From: Alphaproteobacteria bacterium
GTDB taxonomy: Bacteria > Pseudomonadota > Alphaproteobacteria > UBA7887
DNA length: 64,000 nucleotides
Reading direction: 5' to 3'
NCBI GenBank assembly: GCA_965216755.1
Contig: CBDCGL010000011.1
Coordinates: forward strand, 1,152,001-1,216,000
The notes under the pieces were generated by a model that was not told where the DNA came from, ran no database searches, and was given only the letters and a program-made list of their open reading frames with translations. The stretch's first letter is position 1. Each line of letters opens with the position of its first letter. Positions 59,415-64,000 of the stretch are shown one piece after another. A program made the translations under genes and the position numbers.

Positions 59415-60212
59415 ATGACAGACAATGTTGAAATCACGCGCCGCCGGGTGGTGGCCGGCGTTGCGACGACACCGTTTGCATCAATGTCGCTCGCTGGCGT
59501 TTTGGCCGATCCAAAACTGGTCCGCGCAGCTGCTGGCACGTTGGAGTCAATCACGCTGGAAACCGACGGCGGTCTGACCGTGAGCGCGGCCCTCGCCCTG
59601 CCCGACCGAACACCAGCCGCATCGGTACTACTAATCCACGAATGGTGGGGGCTGAATGATCAGATCAAGGCCGTCGCGGCGGAGTTGGCGCGCGAAGGCT
59701 ATTTCGCGCTGGCGATCGACTTATATGGCGGCGCGGTGACCGACGATCGTCAGGAAGCGAGCACGCTGATGGGCCAAGTCGATCCCCTCGCAGCCTTGGA
59801 TACGATAGGCTCTTGGTTGCGCTGGTTGAAGGCCGAAGAACGAGTCAATGGCAAAATCGGCACTATCGGCTGGTGCTTCGGTGGCGGTTGGTCGCTGACC
59901 GGGTCGACGGTCGAACCGGTCGACGCGACCGTTGTCTACTATGGTCGGGTCACCGTGGCGCCCGAGAGCCTGGAAACTCTGCAGGGTCCGGTGCTCGGTC
60001 ATTTCGCGACCGAGGACAAGTTCATCAACGCCGACATGGTCTCCGGCTTCGAGGCCAATATGGATACCATCGGCCATCCCTACACAACCCATTGGTACGA
60101 GGCGAACCACGCTTTCGCCAACCCGACCAGCGCCCGTTACGACTCGGACGATGCCGCGACCGCCTGGCGACGCACCCTCGAATTTTTTGAGACCCACTTG
60201 AAGAGAGCTTAA
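59415..60212 (+). CDS. Dienelactone hydrolase family protein with Tat-like leader
   Basis: TRRRVV leader, IHEWWGLN, GWCFGGG, HAFANP. Confidence 0.9.
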   Translation: MTDNVEITRRRVVAGVATTPFASMSLAGVLADPKLVRAAAGTLESITLETDGGLTVSAALALPDRTPAASVLLIHEWWGLNDQIKAVAAELAREGYFALAIDLYGGAVTDDRQEASTLMGQVDPLAALDTIGSWLRWLKAEERVNGKIGTIGWCFGGGWSLTGSTVEPVDATVVYYGRVTVAPESLETLQGPVLGHFATEDKFINADMVSGFEANMDTIGHPYTTHWYEANHAFANPTSARYDSDDAATAWRRTLEFFETHLKRA

Positions 60213-60234
60213 CGATGGGCTCGGGTGCGCGAAT

Positions 60235-61653
60235 ATGGTGAAACATACACTCAGCGACACCGAACTTGCCTTTTTGCCGGCGTCCGAATTGGCACGGCGG
60301 ATCCATGACAGGGAACTTCAGGCCCGTGAGGTGGTCGAGGCGTTCCTGGCCCGTATCACGCGTCACGACGCGAAGCTGCACGCCTATATTGCACTCTATT
60401 CCGACGACATCCGCATGGCCGCCGACAGCGCCGATTTGGCCATTAAATCCGGCCACGTCGTTGGTCCGTACCACGGTGTGCCGATCGCGCTAAAAGACAT
60501 CGTCGAACTTGAGGGGCGCGTGACCACCGGCGGCAGCAAGGCATGGTCGGATCGCAAATCAGCGACGACCGCAAGCTTGGCCCAGCGCTTGATGTCAGCC
60601 GGCATGCTCATCCTCGGCAAGACCCATACGGTCGAGTTCGCGATGGGCGGCTGGGGCACCAACAAGCATATGGGAACACCCTGGAATCCGTGGGACTTGG
60701 CAACGCACCGCACGCCGGGTGGCTCCAGCGCCGGCTCCGGCGTGTCTGTCGCGGCCGGTATGGCACCATGGGCAATCGGCACGGACACAGGCGGATCAGT
60801 GCGGTTGCCGTCGGCGTGGTGCGGACTGGTTGGCCTGAAGACAACGATCGGACGGATCAGCACGCATGGCGTGATGCCGTTGGCGCCGACCTTGGACACG
60901 CCCGGACCCATGTGCCGCACGGTCGAGGACACGGCGCACCTCTATCGCCTGCTCGCCGGTCCCGATGCCAGGGACCCATTGACACAGCGTAGGCCGGTCG
61001 ATGACCCGCTACCGGATTTGAAACGTGGTATCGCGGGCCTGCGCGTCGCGCGCCTGCCGAGCCGCGAACGCGATATGGTCGCTGCGGATATTTTGGCGGC
61101 CTACGACAGATCGCTGACCGTGTTGGCCGAGCTGGGCGCCGATATCGTTGACGTGACTTTACCATTCGGCTTTGCGGACTTTGCCACCATGACAGGACGC
61201 ATCATTGGTGCCGAAGGCTATCTACATGTCGGTCACATGGTTGATGACATGAGTTTGCCGTTGGATCCGGCGGTCCGGCCCCGAATCTGGGTCGGCAAGG
61301 ATCTCAGCGCACGAGACTACTTAACGACCTTGCGCGAGCAGCAGGACGTGAAGACCCGTTTTTTGGATGCCCTTGACGGCATCGACGCCATGTTGACACC
61401 GACAGTGCCAACCGCCGCCATTCCCCTTGACCAGGTCGATGAGTCCGCCACGCCGGCCTATTTCACCCGCGCCTTCAATTTGCTGGAAATGTGTGCCGTC
61501 ACCCTACCCAACGGCTTCACGCCAGAGGGCTTGCCTAGCGGCCTGCAGATCGCTTGTCGGGGCTACGACGAAGCGAAGGCACTGCGCATCGCGTGGGCAT
61601 TTGAGCAGACCACGGACTATGGGTGCCATGTGCCGCCGGGTCTGGACGGGTGA
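60235..61653 (+). CDS. Amidase signature family protein
   Basis: HGVPIALKD, GKTHTVEFA, PGGSSAGS, GTDTGGSVRLP. Confidence 0.92.
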   Translation: MVKHTLSDTELAFLPASELARRIHDRELQAREVVEAFLARITRHDAKLHAYIALYSDDIRMAADSADLAIKSGHVVGPYHGVPIALKDIVELEGRVTTGGSKAWSDRKSATTASLAQRLMSAGMLILGKTHTVEFAMGGWGTNKHMGTPWNPWDLATHRTPGGSSAGSGVSVAAGMAPWAIGTDTGGSVRLPSAWCGLVGLKTTIGRISTHGVMPLAPTLDTPGPMCRTVEDTAHLYRLLAGPDARDPLTQRRPVDDPLPDLKRGIAGLRVARLPSRERDMVAADILAAYDRSLTVLAELGADIVDVTLPFGFADFATMTGRIIGAEGYLHVGHMVDDMSLPLDPAVRPRIWVGKDLSARDYLTTLREQQDVKTRFLDALDGIDAMLTPTVPTAAIPLDQVDESATPAYFTRAFNLLEMCAVTLPNGFTPEGLPSGLQIACRGYDEAKALRIAWAFEQTTDYGCHVPPGLDG

Positions 61654-61797
61654 CTGCAGCCCGGCATTGCCAATTGGTGCCCTGCTGGTCAGGATCTAGA
61701 TAGGCGGCCCATCGCAACCATATGCCTATGTTGAGCATTGGTGGACAACGTCACGTCCGGCGCGCAGGATTTGACAGCAAATCTAAGGAGGACCGGT

Positions 61798-63603
61798 GTG
61801 TCCAGCATTACGCGGGCGGTGGCGAGCGTGGCCTGCTTCGCGGCACTTTTTGTAGGTGCTGAGGGTTCCGCGGAGCCGATCGACGACGCGCGTCTACGGG
61901 CAGCGTCAAAAGCGTCGATTGATTGGCTCAACTATGGTCTGAGCTATGATAATCAACGTTTCTCCAACCTAGACCAGATCAACACGGAAACAGTGTCGAC
62001 TCTGACGCCGCGTTGGATCTATCAGACCGGCATCAGCGCAACTTTCCAAGCCAACCCTCTGGTGGCCGACGGAGTCATGTATTTGACGACGCCGCGAAAC
62101 GACGTGGTTGCCATCAACGCCGAAGACGGCGCGGAAATCTGGCGCTACCGGCACGAAATGGCGACGGAGACGCTGTGCTGCGGACCAGCCAATCGCGGCG
62201 CGGCCGTTGGCTACGGGGCGATATACATGGCCACTGCGGACGGCCGCTTGATCGCGCTCGACCGCGCTAGCGGAATGGTCAAATGGGATGTTTGGATTGC
62301 TGTTCCGGATACCACCCCAACCGAAACGCTTGCCGAATTGGCACCCGATGATCCCTTACGCAATGCACGGGTTTCCGGTGCCAGCGGTTTGGGTGCGAAC
62401 ATGGCGCCATTGGTGTTCGAGGGCATGGTCGTCGCCGGCGTCACGGGCGCGGGCTACGGCTTGCATATCGACGATGATCGGCGCGGCGAGCTCGGCGCGG
62501 TCGTAGGCTTTGAGGGCCGGTTCGGACGACGTGGCTATCTGGCGGCGTTCGACGCCGAAAGTGGCGCCGAGATCTGGCGCTGGTACACGACCAAGTCTGA
62601 CGGCTGGGAAGGCGCGTGGCGTACCGAGACACCTGATGGCGCGCCGCTACATCGGGATATAGCCGCAGAACAAGCACGATCCGACACGTACCACGATGCC
62701 TGGAAAGTGGGCGGTGGCTCACTATGGTCGACACCCGCGCTGGATCCGGAGCTTGGCTTGATATACCTCGGCACCGGCAATCCAGCGCCGCAAATGGACG
62801 ACAAATCCCGGCCCGGAGACAATCTTTACACGGTTTCGGTGGTGGCACTGGACGTGCGCACCGGCGCGTTGCGCTGGCATTACCAGCAGGTGCCTCACGA
62901 TCTTTGGGGTTACGATGCGGGCAGTCCGCCTGTGCTGTTTGACCTCGTCCAAGACGGTGAAACCATCAAAGCCGTCGGCGAAGCATCAAAGACCGGATGG
63001 TTCTATGTGAATAATCGGGAAACCGGGACCCTCATATTCAAGTCGGAAGCTTTCGTTCCACAGCACAATATCTTTCAGCCGCCGACCCAAGAAGGAACCA
63101 CAATATTGCCCGGTGCCGCCGGTGGCGCCTCTTGGTCGCCCGTGTCCTACGATCCGCGGACCGGCCTCGTTTATGTTGCCGCTATAGACATGCCGACGAC
63201 TTATTCAGTCCGTGAGCGCCCGGCGGAAGGCGATAAACCGGCGTTGCGTTATTCCGTCCTCGAGCCCGCCGGCGATGACCGGGCGGGTATCCTGAGCGCC
63301 ATAGATACCCGCGACGCAGGCCGCATCGTTTGGCAGACCCGGACCGACGACATCTTGATAGGGGGCGTCTTGGCAACCGCAGGTGACCTGGTGTTCATGG
63401 GCGAAGGCACCGGCCTGTTCAGTGCGTTCCACGCGGCAACAGGCGAACGCCTTTGGTCGTTCCGTTGTGGCGCCGGAGTCAATGCGCCACCCATCACCTA
63501 CCAACTCGGCAACACCCAATATGTCACGGTCGCCGCCGGCGGCCATTCATTGTTCGGGTTTCCCAGGGGTGATGCCGTAATTACTTTTGCTCTGCCCGAC
63601 TAG
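61798..63603 (+). CDS. PQQ-binding beta-propeller dehydrogenase-like protein (second copy, atypical active site)
   Basis: AGGAGG RBS before GTG; WLNYG..Y.NQRFS.LDQIN, CCGPANRG, GTGNPAP, RPGDNLYT, PHDLWGYD. Confidence 0.9.
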   Translation: MSSITRAVASVACFAALFVGAEGSAEPIDDARLRAASKASIDWLNYGLSYDNQRFSNLDQINTETVSTLTPRWIYQTGISATFQANPLVADGVMYLTTPRNDVVAINAEDGAEIWRYRHEMATETLCCGPANRGAAVGYGAIYMATADGRLIALDRASGMVKWDVWIAVPDTTPTETLAELAPDDPLRNARVSGASGLGANMAPLVFEGMVVAGVTGAGYGLHIDDDRRGELGAVVGFEGRFGRRGYLAAFDAESGAEIWRWYTTKSDGWEGAWRTETPDGAPLHRDIAAEQARSDTYHDAWKVGGGSLWSTPALDPELGLIYLGTGNPAPQMDDKSRPGDNLYTVSVVALDVRTGALRWHYQQVPHDLWGYDAGSPPVLFDLVQDGETIKAVGEASKTGWFYVNNRETGTLIFKSEAFVPQHNIFQPPTQEGTTILPGAAGGASWSPVSYDPRTGLVYVAAIDMPTTYSVRERPAEGDKPALRYSVLEPAGDDRAGILSAIDTRDAGRIVWQTRTDDILIGGVLATAGDLVFMGEGTGLFSAFHAATGERLWSFRCGAGVNAPPITYQLGNTQYVTVAAGGHSLFGFPRGDAVITFALPD

Positions 63604-63654
63604 AATGCCCGCGCCCGCATGGTGCTAACCCGATCGGAACGCGCCGTCGGCAAA

Positions 63655-63693
63655 CGGGTCTCGGCCGCCGGTGCCCCAACCGGCCGAGACCCG
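63655..63693. terminator. Hairpin between convergent genes
   Basis: Perfect 13-bp inverted repeat CGGGTCTCGGCCG / CGGCCGAGACCCG. Confidence 0.6.
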
Positions 63694-63699
63694 AACACG

Positions 63700-64000
63700 T
63701 CACGCAACGGCCTGCCGGAAATCCGCCAAATGCAGATCCCAACCGCGGTCCAACGCCATCAGCAAGGTCATTGCCTCTGCGCCCGCGGCTTCTGCAATCC
63801 CCTCATGCTTCAACGATAAACGTGTCCCGCCGGCGACCTCTTCCAACCGCCAGGTCACGGTCGTCTCCGCGCCGTTAAATGGCCCGACAACAAACGTATA
63901 AGATAACAGACTGGGTGGGTCCGTTTTCAGCACTTTGCCCCATATCTGGCGCACATGCGTGCCGTCGTCACCGATCCGCGACAGCGTATAGTCTTGCCCC
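63700..64000 (-). CDS. SRPBCC/AHSA1-domain protein, 5' end beyond window
   Basis: GKVL..DPPSLLSYT...TTVTWRLEEVAGGTRLSLKH...GW..HL. Confidence 0.8.
   Translation of the reverse strand, partial: GQDYTLSRIGDDGTHVRQIWGKVLKTDPPSLLSYTFVVGPFNGAETTVTWRLEEVAGGTRLSLKHEGIAEAAGAEAMTLLMALDRGWDLHLADFRQAVA

Overview
GC-rich chromosomal window, most likely from an alphaproteobacterium (LdtR-type MarR regulator, Zn-independent HemB, valine-catabolism cluster, KefFC). The standout is a complete but divergent copper membrane monooxygenase (CuMMO, pMMO/AMO family) operon in C-A-B order (37776-40747). It is followed directly by a PmoD/AmoD-family gene, a membrane-anchored two-domain multicopper oxidase and a CusF-cupredoxin fusion. 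About 12 kb upstream is an unusual PQQ dehydrogenase (lanthanide-type D-x-D motif, no vicinal Cys-Cys) with a cytochrome c and two periplasmic partners, convergent with a MoxR/DUF58/VWA/TPR operon. A second PQQ protein lacking the usual catalytic acids lies near the right end. No hao/cycAB, mxaFI or C1-assimilation genes are visible here, so the CuMMO substrate is unknown; small hydrocarbons are a hypothesis. Other content: an intact IS5-family element, a cell-envelope cluster (L,D-transpeptidase, M48 protease, ExeA-coiled-coil-ankyrin protein, OmpA), a kinase/enolase-like/dehydrogenase operon, a standalone RNA ligase beside a 33-bp AT-rich inverted repeat, and routine metabolic genes. No rRNA, tRNA or CRISPR array was seen. 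All calls come from motif recognition by eye; no searches were run.
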